A stretch of 60,116 nt of DNA from the NCBI GenBank assembly GCA_963600375.1, contig CAVCBH010000122.1, forward strand, positions 1 to 60,116. Direction: 5' to 3'. Numbering within the stretch: position 1 is the first letter of the stretch; the number at the start of each line of letters is the position of its first letter. Under the pieces are notes generated by a model, which saw only the letters and a list, made by a program, of their open reading frames with translations, had not been told where the DNA came from and searched no databases. Positions 10,239 through 19,060 of this stretch are shown piece by piece. The stretch is from a bacterium. GTDB taxonomy: Bacteria > Bacillota > Clostridia > Lachnospirales > Lachnospiraceae. A program made the translations under genes and the position numbers.

Positions 10239-10296
10239 TTGACAATTTGATAAAAAAGTATTATTATATGCAAACAAGTTCATTAACGAACTGTTT
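10239..10296 (+). promoter_or_regulatory. marR promoter with candidate MarR operator
   Basis: TTGACA-17-TATTAT (10239-10267) followed by inverted repeat AAACAAGTTC-ATTAAC-GAACTGTTT (10272-10296). Confidence 0.65.
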
Positions 10297-10419
10297 AGAA
10301 AGAAACTATTATTATTTGATTTTTCGAACACGCATTGAACTTAAAATATGAAAAAGATAATGATATACTCTCGGAAGCTTTTTGTGCCTGATTTTGTGAG
10401 AAGACTCTGAGACTACATA

Positions 10420-10875
10420 ATGGATAACAGGAGGATAAGTATGGGGGATTCAATGATTAATATCTGTGGAATGAAGATGCGTAAGCTTTTAGATAAAAAG
10501 TCAGAAGTGCTTACACAGAAGTACGGAGTGAGGAATGTAGAGCTGGAGATTCTTTTATTTTTATATCATTCACCATGTGGGGATACGGCGAAGGATATTG
10601 TAGAAGAGAAGAATCTGTCTAAGGCGCACATTTCAAAGTCGGTGGATAATTTGCGGGCGAAGGGCTTCGTTGTTTTGACACAGGATGAGAATGACCGCAG
10701 AAAGAGACACATTGAGTTGACGCAGAAGGCTGTGGAGGCAGCCAAAGAGATGTTAGAAGTTCATAATGAGTGTAAGGAAGTCATTATGCGATATGTTACA
10801 GAGGAGGAAAAAAAGGTAATGAATCGTGTAATGGAGAAGATGCTTGCGAGCCTGGATGAAGAATTGCAGAAGTAA
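10420..10875 (+). CDS. MarR-family transcriptional regulator
   Basis: LSKAHISKSVDNL..KGFV...DENDRRK..IELT winged helix; start could be 10441. Confidence 0.93.
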   Translation: MDNRRISMGDSMINICGMKMRKLLDKKSEVLTQKYGVRNVELEILLFLYHSPCGDTAKDIVEEKNLSKAHISKSVDNLRAKGFVVLTQDENDRRKRHIELTQKAVEAAKEMLEVHNECKEVIMRYVTEEEKKVMNRVMEKMLASLDEELQK

Positions 10876-11017
10876 TATATATATTTATTGCATAATTTGT
10901 TCCTGAAAGTTATCTGGACGTAAGGGGGTTAGATAAAAGCAGTAAGTTAGAATGAATTTTACATACACATAAAAGAAAATTTGTTGACAGAAATAATAAT
11001 TGGAGGACATAAAGAGA

Positions 11018-13348
11018 ATGACAAAAATATTTAAAAATATGGCCCCATACTGGTATATGATTGTTGCGATTGTTTTACTGCTTGTTGTGCAGGCATGCGG
11101 TGATTTATCACTTCCGCAATATACATCAGATATCATCGATGTGGGGATTCAGAATCATGGTGTGGAACATATCCTTCCAGTAAAGATGACAGAAGAAGAA
11201 TATACAATATCGCAGTTGTATATGACTTCGAAGGAGAAGAAAGTCTGGAAATACACATACAAGAAAAAAGGCGAATATTACGTTTGTAAAGTGGATGATG
11301 AGAAGAAGTTAGATCAGTTAGATGACACATTTCTTACTGCAATTTTCCTGAATCATAATATGTCAAATGTAAAGGAATCGCAGTTTAAAAAGATGATTAA
11401 GAATTCAATTGCTTCGAATCCTGCGATGACTCCGATGAAGGATAAGATAGATGATATGAGTGTCGATGAGATAGGAAAGATGCTTAATATGGAATTTAAG
11501 AGCTTCCAGGAAAAGGATGATGACGGAAAGAAGGTCACATATGTTGATGTGCGTCCGATGCTGTATCAGATGAAGCAAAGTGGAATGATGAGCACAAAGG
11601 ATATCCAGAAGTCCAGAGCTGAAATTGAAAAGAAAATGGACGATATCGGAGAAAGTACACTTTTTTCTACAGGAGTTGCTTATGCAACAAAATGCGATAA
11701 GGCAGCGGGTGTAAATATTGATAAGATTCAGACGAATTATCTCTGGAAAGAGGGCGGCCGGATGCTTGGAATCGCATTTATAATTCTGGCGGCGGCAGTT
11801 GGAGCTGGCTTTCTTGCTTCTAAAGTCGGTGCGAGCGTTGGTAGAGATCTTCGTGGAAAGATTTATAAGAAGGTCATGGGATTTTCTAATGCGGAAATGA
11901 ATCATTTTTCTACCGCATCGCTGATTACAAGAAGCACAAATGATATTCAGCAGATTCAGATGGTTACAGCAATAATGCTTCGACTTCTTTTGTATGCCCC
12001 GATCATAGGAATTGGCGGAATTATTAAAGTGTATAAGACAGGGGCCGGAATGGAGTGGATTATTGCTCTTGCAGTAATTGTTATTCTCGGTTTTGTTATG
12101 GCGCTGGTTTCTCTGGCAATGCCAAAGTTTAAGATTATGCAGACTTTAGTCGATGGTCTGAACCTTGTATCAAGAGAGATTTTAACAGGACTTTCTGTTA
12201 TTCGTGCATTTGGAAGAGAAAAAACAGAAGAAGAACGTTTTGACGAGGCAAATAAGAAATTGACCGGAACACAGCTTTTTACAAACCGTGTTATGACATT
12301 TATGATGCCTGGTATGATGTTTATCATGTATGGAGTTACCATTTTAATTACATGGGTTTCTGCTCAGAAAATTGACGCAGGAACCTTACAGGTTGGTGCG
12401 ATGACGGCGTTCATTACTTATGCGATGCAGATTGTTATGGCATTCCTTATGATGACTGCAATGTCTATCATGGTTCCAAGAGCCGGTGTTGCTGCAGATC
12501 GTATTGATGAAGTACTTAAGACAGAATCTTCTGTTCAGAATGTAAAGAAACCAGAAAGTATTCAGGAACACAGAGGAGTACTCGAATTTTCCCATGTGGA
12601 TTTCAAATATCCGGGTGCAGAGAATAATGTGCTTTCTGATATTGACTTTAAAGTAGAGCCGGGAAAGACAACCGCAATTATCGGAAGTACCGGATGTGGT
12701 AAATCGACATTGGTAAATTTGATTCCAAGATTTTATGATGTAACAGGAGGTCAGATTACACTGGACGGTAAAGATATCCGCAGAATTTCCATGGAAGAAC
12801 TCCGTGAGGAAATCGGTTTTGTACCACAAAAAGGAGTGCTTTTCTCAGGAACGATTGCTTCAAACTTACGCTTTGGAAGAAAAGATGCAACAGATGAAGA
12901 GATTAAAGAAGCAGCAGAGATTGCGCAGGCAACAGAATTTATCGAGACAAAGAAAGAACAGTATGACAGTTCGATCGCGCAGGGTGGAAGAAATGTATCT
13001 GGTGGACAGAAACAGCGTCTTGCGATTGCCAGAGCGATTGCAAAAAAGGCAAAAGTACTCGTATTTGACGATAGCTTTTCTGCCCTTGATATGAAGACAG
13101 ACGCAGCACTTCGTAAGGAATTAAACGAAAAAGTGCGTAATGCTTCTATTATAATTGTTGCGCAGAGAGTCAGCACAATTTTACATGCAGATCAGATTCT
13201 TGTATTAGATGATGGAAAGATTGTTGGTAAAGGAACACATGAAGAACTGCTTAAGAATTGTGAAGTATATCTTCAGATTGCAAAATCTCAGTTATCAGAA
13301 AAAGAATTAGGTCTTGACCAGATAGATAATAAGAAAGGAGGTAAGTAA
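11018..13348 (+). CDS. ABC exporter ATP-binding/permease subunit A with large extracytoplasmic loop
   Basis: TMD + NBD: GSTGCGKS, VSGGQKQR, degenerate Walker B FDDSFS, AQR switch (degenerate half of a heterodimer); GGAGG RBS. Confidence 0.94.
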   Translation: MTKIFKNMAPYWYMIVAIVLLLVVQACGDLSLPQYTSDIIDVGIQNHGVEHILPVKMTEEEYTISQLYMTSKEKKVWKYTYKKKGEYYVCKVDDEKKLDQLDDTFLTAIFLNHNMSNVKESQFKKMIKNSIASNPAMTPMKDKIDDMSVDEIGKMLNMEFKSFQEKDDDGKKVTYVDVRPMLYQMKQSGMMSTKDIQKSRAEIEKKMDDIGESTLFSTGVAYATKCDKAAGVNIDKIQTNYLWKEGGRMLGIAFIILAAAVGAGFLASKVGASVGRDLRGKIYKKVMGFSNAEMNHFSTASLITRSTNDIQQIQMVTAIMLRLLLYAPIIGIGGIIKVYKTGAGMEWIIALAVIVILGFVMALVSLAMPKFKIMQTLVDGLNLVSREILTGLSVIRAFGREKTEEERFDEANKKLTGTQLFTNRVMTFMMPGMMFIMYGVTILITWVSAQKIDAGTLQVGAMTAFITYAMQIVMAFLMMTAMSIMVPRAGVAADRIDEVLKTESSVQNVKKPESIQEHRGVLEFSHVDFKYPGAENNVLSDIDFKVEPGKTTAIIGSTGCGKSTLVNLIPRFYDVTGGQITLDGKDIRRISMEELREEIGFVPQKGVLFSGTIASNLRFGRKDATDEEIKEAAEIAQATEFIETKKEQYDSSIAQGGRNVSGGQKQRLAIARAIAKKAKVLVFDDSFSALDMKTDAALRKELNEKVRNASIIIVAQRVSTILHADQILVLDDGKIVGKGTHEELLKNCEVYLQIAKSQLSEKELGLDQIDNKKGGK

Positions 13349-13349
13349 A

Positions 13350-15215
13350 ATGGCAGAAGGCAAAACAGCGACATCGAACAGAGGCCCGATGGGCGGTCAT
13401 GGTCCCATGGGCGGCGGTCGAAGAATGATGCAGGGCGGTGAGAAAGCAAAGAACTTCAGTGATTCTTTTAAAAAGCTTGTACGTTATATAGGAAATTATA
13501 AATTTGCGATTCTTGCAGTAATGATTTTTGCAGCAATCTCCACGGTATTTTCTGTAGCAGGTCCAAAGGTTATGGGAAAGGCAACAACAGCACTTGCCGA
13601 AGGACTGATGAAAAAAATATCAGGAACAGGCGGTATTGACTTTGATCGCATTGGAAAAATCCTTTTACTTACTTTAGGATTATATCTTACAAGTACAATA
13701 TTTAACTTTTTACAGGGATGGATTATGACGGGTGTGACACAGAAAATCTGCTACCGTCTACGAAAAGAAATCTCTGAAAAGATTAACCGTATGCCAATGA
13801 AATACTTTGAAAGCCGTACTTACGGTGAGGTACTTTCAAGAATTACAAATGATGTGGATACATTGGGACAGGGCTTAAACCAGAGTGTAACACAGGTGAT
13901 TACCTCAACAGCAACTCTTATAGGTGTTGTAATAATGATGCTTACAATCTCTCCGTTAATGACATTAATTGCATTTGTTATTTTACCAGTGTCTGCCATT
14001 TTAATATCCACAGTTGTAAGATTCTCTCAGAAATACTTCTGCACGCAGCAGGAATATCTTGGTCATATTAATGGTCAGGTAGAAGAAAGTTATGGTGGTC
14101 ATCTGGTTATCAAAGCATTTAATAAAGAAAAAGATATGGTAAAAACATTCAATGAGACAAATGAAGTCTTATATGAATCTGCATGGAAATCACAGTTTTT
14201 ATCAGGCTTAATGCAGCCGATCATGGCATTTGTAGGTAACCTTGGCTATGCCGGGGTTGCGATTTCCGGTGGCCTTTTAGCAATCAGAGGAACAATTGGA
14301 GTTGGTGATATTCAGGCATTTATTCAGTATGTAAAGAATTTTACACAGCCAATTCAGCAGATTGCGCAGGTAATCAATCAGGTACAGTCCATGACAGCTG
14401 CTTCTGAAAGAGTATTTGAATTCTTAGAAGAAGAGGAAGAAGATCAGGAACGTGAGGGAGCGGTATCTGTAGAAAATGTAACAGGAGAGGTAAAGTTCTC
14501 TCATGTGAATTTTGGATACAATCCAAACCAGACAATCATCAACGATTTCTCCGTAGAGGTAAAACCAGGTCAGAAAATCGCGATCGTTGGACCAACCGGA
14601 GCAGGAAAGACAACAATGGTCAAACTGCTTATGCGCTTCTATGATGTAAATAGTGGTCAGATTTTACTTGATGGTCACGATGTTCGTGACTACAACCGCC
14701 GTGATCTCCGTAAAGCATTTGGAATGGTGTTACAGGATACATGGCTTTACAAAGGAACAATTATGGAAAATATCCGCTATGGACGATTAGATGCAACCGA
14801 TGAAGAAGTAATTGAGGCAGCAAAAGCCGCCCATGCAGATAGCTTTATCCGCACTCTTCCTGGTGGTTATAACATGGAACTTAACGAAGATGCCAGCAAT
14901 GTATCTCAGGGACAGAAACAGCTTCTTACAATTGCCAGAGCAATCCTTGCAGACAACAGAGTAATGATTCTTGATGAAGCAACTTCCTCTGTAGACACCC
15001 GTACAGAATCATTGATTCAGAAAGCGATGGATAATCTTATGAAAGGAAGAACAAGCTTTGTCATTGCACATAGATTATCTACGATTAAAAATGCGGATGT
15101 TATTCTTGTAATGAAAGATGGAGATATCATTGAACAGGGAAATCATGAAGAATTGCTCGCGAAGAATGGATTCTATGCACAGCTGTATAATTCACAGTTT
15201 GAAGAAGCAGCGTAA
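13350..15215 (+). CDS. ABC exporter ATP-binding/permease subunit B
   Basis: GPTGAGKT, VSQGQKQ, ILDEATS, AHRLST. Confidence 0.95.
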   Translation: MAEGKTATSNRGPMGGHGPMGGGRRMMQGGEKAKNFSDSFKKLVRYIGNYKFAILAVMIFAAISTVFSVAGPKVMGKATTALAEGLMKKISGTGGIDFDRIGKILLLTLGLYLTSTIFNFLQGWIMTGVTQKICYRLRKEISEKINRMPMKYFESRTYGEVLSRITNDVDTLGQGLNQSVTQVITSTATLIGVVIMMLTISPLMTLIAFVILPVSAILISTVVRFSQKYFCTQQEYLGHINGQVEESYGGHLVIKAFNKEKDMVKTFNETNEVLYESAWKSQFLSGLMQPIMAFVGNLGYAGVAISGGLLAIRGTIGVGDIQAFIQYVKNFTQPIQQIAQVINQVQSMTAASERVFEFLEEEEEDQEREGAVSVENVTGEVKFSHVNFGYNPNQTIINDFSVEVKPGQKIAIVGPTGAGKTTMVKLLMRFYDVNSGQILLDGHDVRDYNRRDLRKAFGMVLQDTWLYKGTIMENIRYGRLDATDEEVIEAAKAAHADSFIRTLPGGYNMELNEDASNVSQGQKQLLTIARAILADNRVMILDEATSSVDTRTESLIQKAMDNLMKGRTSFVIAHRLSTIKNADVILVMKDGDIIEQGNHEELLAKNGFYAQLYNSQFEEAA

Positions 15216-15223
15216 TGGAGTCT

Positions 15224-15368
15224 GATTTGCCGAATTCAAAACAGACAGCCGCTATAAATATTGATCTGGCAGATTGCTCAAAAAATTTTTTAGGGGTTCT
15301 CCATAACTCTTCTGGCAATCCGACCATAACTTTTTCTGGTGGTGTCAGTTTTGCCATTCGGCAAATTA
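15224..15368. repeat. degenerate copy of the long family A variant inside an outer inverted repeat
   Basis: ATTTGCCGAAT/ATTCGGCAAAT outer IR; internal AAATTTTTTAGGGG..CTTCTGGCAATCCGACCA..GTGTCAGTTTT resembles 57938-58010. Confidence 0.6.
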
Positions 15369-15498
15369 AAATTTTTTATTGATTTTTCTTTTGCTTTCCT
15401 GTACTCTTATTACAGGAAAATCGGAGTTTAAGAAGCTCGTTGTGGCAGGGCACTTTTTATATTCTATGGGTTAGAATATTATATTGAAGGGATTAAAT

Positions 15499-16479
15499 AT
15501 GAAGAAAATCTTACTGGAAAAACTGTTAGCAGATCGTAGAGAACAGGAGTATCAAAAGCAGTATGAATATATTGTAAATTTACTGGAAGAGAAAAAGATT
15601 AAACCGGTAAAAGCATCGAGATTGAATGGGAAGAGTCCGGCACTTTATCGGGAGTACTGGATTTTGGAAGAGGCAAAGGATTATAGTGTTTATATTGAAG
15701 AATTACGATATCAGATTATCCCAGATATCTCAGTAGATTATTATTTAAAACATTTGGCAAGCTATGAAGCAGATCGAAAATGGGTACTGCAGTTAAATGA
15801 ATATTTGAAGAACAGGAAAGAGGCACTTCAGTTTAGGGTATCAGTGAATGAACGAAGTTTTGAAATCTGGGAAAGAGAGAAGTTTTTGTCCAGGGGGCAG
15901 GGAAAGCGGATTTTAAAACGATGTGGATTGGAGATGTCTTTTTTTAATATTTATGAAACTACGGAACCGCTTGCGTATTATTCACGCACAAGGAATGTAC
16001 CACAGAATCTGCTTATATTAGAGAATAAAGATACTTTTTTTAGTATGCGCCGTCATCTTCTGGAAGGAAATGAGACAATATTGGGAATAAAAATGGATAC
16101 GTTGATTTATGGTGCCGGAAAGGGAATTTTTCGAAGTTTTGAAGATTTTGATCTGTGTGTGGAGCCTTATATGAAAGCAGTAGAAAATCATATTTATTAT
16201 TTTGGGGATCTGGATTATGAGGGAATCGGGATTTATGAGAATTTGTCAGAACTTTTCAGTGGAAAGTGGAATATTGTTCCATTTGAAGCCGGTTATGAGA
16301 GAATGTTAAGTAAGGCAGAAGGGATGGATAGTATTCCTGAAGCGAAGGAAAGGCAGAATAAGAATATAAAAGATATTTTCTTTTCTTATTTTTCTCAAAA
16401 ACAGATACGATGTATGAAAGAAATTTTGGAAAAAGGATATTATATTCCGCAGGAGATTTTGAACATTTCGGATTTTTAA
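15499..16479 (+). CDS. jetD: Wadjet JetD-like Toprim nuclease (DUF2220-type)
   Basis: VSVNERSFEI..EK N-terminal motif, LILENKDTF (Toprim Glu), YFGDLDYEG (DxD), YIPQE; context with an SMC gene. Confidence 0.85.
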   Translation: MKKILLEKLLADRREQEYQKQYEYIVNLLEEKKIKPVKASRLNGKSPALYREYWILEEAKDYSVYIEELRYQIIPDISVDYYLKHLASYEADRKWVLQLNEYLKNRKEALQFRVSVNERSFEIWEREKFLSRGQGKRILKRCGLEMSFFNIYETTEPLAYYSRTRNVPQNLLILENKDTFFSMRRHLLEGNETILGIKMDTLIYGAGKGIFRSFEDFDLCVEPYMKAVENHIYYFGDLDYEGIGIYENLSELFSGKWNIVPFEAGYERMLSKAEGMDSIPEAKERQNKNIKDIFFSYFSQKQIRCMKEILEKGYYIPQEILNISDF

Positions 16480-16480
16480 G

Positions 16481-16514
16481 TAGATTCTGTTAAGAACTTT
16501 TCAAACAGGCTCTA
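16481..16514. mobile_element. collapsed family B footprint (two TIRs abutting)
   Basis: TAGATTCTGTTAAGAA + CTTTTCAAACAGGCTCTA resemble left and right TIRs of family B. Confidence 0.45.
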
Positions 16515-16568
16515 AGATTAGCTGTAACAATTTTTAAGAACGTATAGATAATACAGGAGAAGGAGAAA

Positions 16569-18194
16569 ATGCAGTATGAATTTTTAAAAAATTTTCCTCG
16601 AAGAATGAAAAATGTAGGTCTATATGCTGTCATTGTACAAAACAGTAGCCAGAAATTATCATGGAAACAATATGGATTTACAAAGTTCGATGAACAAATG
16701 AATCTTTTATTTGCGGTTATGCTTTATATCATGGAACAGTCATTAAAAGAGGAAAAATGTACTATGGATGACATAGCGACATATATAGATATGATTAATA
16801 TGCAGTATTTGAGGAAGGATATTTCGTATGAACAATGCTGCAAACTGGGGGATTTTCTTGTGAATACGGTATTGTCCAATGAAGGGCGGCCGATGTATTT
16901 CGATGGATATGATTTTGAAAAAAATGAATACGAAGAAATGCATATTAATTATGTGGCGAATAAAATTATTTATGGGGAAAATGAAGTGAGACGAACTTCG
17001 TATTATCTGACGGATGATGGTTATAATCTTCTTTTGTCTACATTGGAAATAGAAGATAATATGAAGTTTAATATTCATGAGATTATTTTTCGGCTTCATT
17101 TAGAAAAGCAAAGTTATGATAAAGCGGTAAATGATATAAAGAATGTATTTAATCTTATGCGGATACAGTTTCAGAGAGTACAGGAGGCAATGCGCCAGAT
17201 ACGCAGGAATGCATTGAGCTATTCTGTGGATGAATATGAAGAGGTGCTGATTGGAAATCTGAATACAATTACAGATACGAAAAAGAAGTTTCAGGAATAT
17301 AGAGAGTTTATTCAGGTACGCGTAAAGGATTTAGAAGAAGAAAATATTAATATACGCAAGTTGGATAAAAAGGAACAGCAGGATTTGAACAATCTACGGG
17401 TGATTGAGGAGTATCTGACGAGGGTTCTTGATGAGCATCAGAAGATTTTAAATAGCCATTTTGATTTGAAAATATTGTATACAGAAGAATTGGAACGTTT
17501 GTCTCAGGCAAGGCTGATACAGCGTTTTTCTATCCGCAGGGATTTGTATGATAAGATTCTGAAGCAATCAAATACATTGGAAAATATGGATATGTTTTTG
17601 CGTCCTCTCTTTAACAGAAGACCTCAGAAGATTTATAATCTGAATAAAGCATTTTCTTATGAGAAGTCAACAAATATGGCAGCAGACAAAGATATAGAAG
17701 AGGAAGTAGATTTTGATGAAGAAGCATTTCAAAGAGAAAAAGAAGAAAAGCTGCAAAAAAAGCTTCTGGTTTATGAGAAAAGTCTGCAATATTTATTAAA
17801 AAGAGCATCGGTTACGGGAGAAGTATCTTTGGGACAGTTAAAAGACAGACTGGATATGTATCCAGAGGAAAAAGAGATTTTTATACCAAATGTCGATGTG
17901 TTTAAAGAGATTATGGTAGAACTGATTCGGAATAGAACAATAGATATTGTTGCTTTGAAAAGAGAAAGAAGAGAATATATTCAAGAACAGCCAGATGGAT
18001 TTCAGCTCAATGAAATGATTTTAAAATTAGTGGAAGAGCAGCCTGAAAATAATGATTTAAGAAAAATAGAAATAGAGCGGATGGAAAATGAAGAAGCAAT
18101 CATTTTTTCAGAGATAAAAGATGAAGAGAATCGAAGAAAGACAATACGTTGTTCCAATGTATGGATACGTCTTTTTAGAAAACAGAGAAGATGA
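16569..18194 (+). CDS. jetA: Wadjet JetA-like (MukF/kleisin-like) subunit
   Basis: 541 aa helical protein between the Toprim gene and jetB/jetC; SYYLTDDGYNLL winged-helix-like motif; assignment mainly from operon position. Confidence 0.75.
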   Translation: MQYEFLKNFPRRMKNVGLYAVIVQNSSQKLSWKQYGFTKFDEQMNLLFAVMLYIMEQSLKEEKCTMDDIATYIDMINMQYLRKDISYEQCCKLGDFLVNTVLSNEGRPMYFDGYDFEKNEYEEMHINYVANKIIYGENEVRRTSYYLTDDGYNLLLSTLEIEDNMKFNIHEIIFRLHLEKQSYDKAVNDIKNVFNLMRIQFQRVQEAMRQIRRNALSYSVDEYEEVLIGNLNTITDTKKKFQEYREFIQVRVKDLEEENINIRKLDKKEQQDLNNLRVIEEYLTRVLDEHQKILNSHFDLKILYTEELERLSQARLIQRFSIRRDLYDKILKQSNTLENMDMFLRPLFNRRPQKIYNLNKAFSYEKSTNMAADKDIEEEVDFDEEAFQREKEEKLQKKLLVYEKSLQYLLKRASVTGEVSLGQLKDRLDMYPEEKEIFIPNVDVFKEIMVELIRNRTIDIVALKRERREYIQEQPDGFQLNEMILKLVEEQPENNDLRKIEIERMENEEAIIFSEIKDEENRRKTIRCSNVWIRLFRKQRR

Positions 18195-18328
18195 AAAACA
18201 GCGATATCAGTGAAGAATTCAAATAGATCAATATGTGTTTTTAGAAATTTATAATGATGGGAAATTATGATATTGATGAATGATTCGGATGAATCGATAT
18301 GTGTTTTGGAAAATGAGGAGTAGGGATA
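18137..18328 (+). repeat. three degenerate 66-bp tandem units spanning the jetA 3' end
   Basis: TTCCAATGTATGGATACGTCTTTTTAGAAA / TTCAAATAGATCAATATGTGTTTTTAGAAA / TTCGGATGAATCGATATGTGTTTTGGAAAA at 66-bp spacing. Confidence 0.7.
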
Positions 18329-19060
18329 ATGGCATATACAATGGAGGATATAAGAAAGAGTCAGGAGATATTCTATTATCTTTTGGAGAATCATGAGCTT
18401 CGGGAAGAGAACGAACAGGCTTTGTATAAAGCCTATGCAGAGGAAGAGAATGTTCAAAATATCGTGAAATCGCAGGGAGAAACAGCGGATTGTGATATTG
18501 AGCGTTATGGCAATACAATTTATTTGATCCCACGGGAAGAAAATAATTTTCTGGGATATTCGAGAGTGGAACTTAAGAAAGAATTATGTAAATCGACAGG
18601 AACAAATAAAGACTATTATCTTTCCCAGTTTGTAATTCTAACGTTACTGACAGAATTTTTTGATGGTGATGGAAACAGCAGCAGAGCAAGAGAATATATT
18701 CGTTCCGGGGAACTTATGAATATTTTATCGGAGCGCCTGAGAGAGGGAGCTTCTTATGAAGAGGAACATAAAGATGAGGAAACGGATATGGCAGGAATTT
18801 CATTTTCTGATATGTGGCACGCATACGAAGCATTAAAGTCAGATGATAAAGGCTCTCATGCCAAAACGACAAAGGAAGGTTTCCTGCATAATATTCTTCT
18901 TTTTCTTCAGAAACAGGGACTGATTGAGTATATAGAGCGAGATGAGATGATAAAGACAACCAGAAAGTTAGACAGCTTTATGGATTGGAATCTGTTAAAT
19001 CAGAATAATTATCAGAAGGTAAAAAATATACTGGGGGTAATTGAAAATGAGCAAAATTAA
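18329..19060 (+). CDS. jetB: Wadjet JetB-like (MukE/KITE-like, DUF6063-type) subunit
   Basis: 243 aa, IYLIP...N.FLGYS..ELK, FLQKQGLI winged-helix pattern; overlaps the jetC start. Confidence 0.75.
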   Translation: MAYTMEDIRKSQEIFYYLLENHELREENEQALYKAYAEEENVQNIVKSQGETADCDIERYGNTIYLIPREENNFLGYSRVELKKELCKSTGTNKDYYLSQFVILTLLTEFFDGDGNSSRAREYIRSGELMNILSERLREGASYEEEHKDEETDMAGISFSDMWHAYEALKSDDKGSHAKTTKEGFLHNILLFLQKQGLIEYIERDEMIKTTRKLDSFMDWNLLNQNNYQKVKNILGVIENEQN

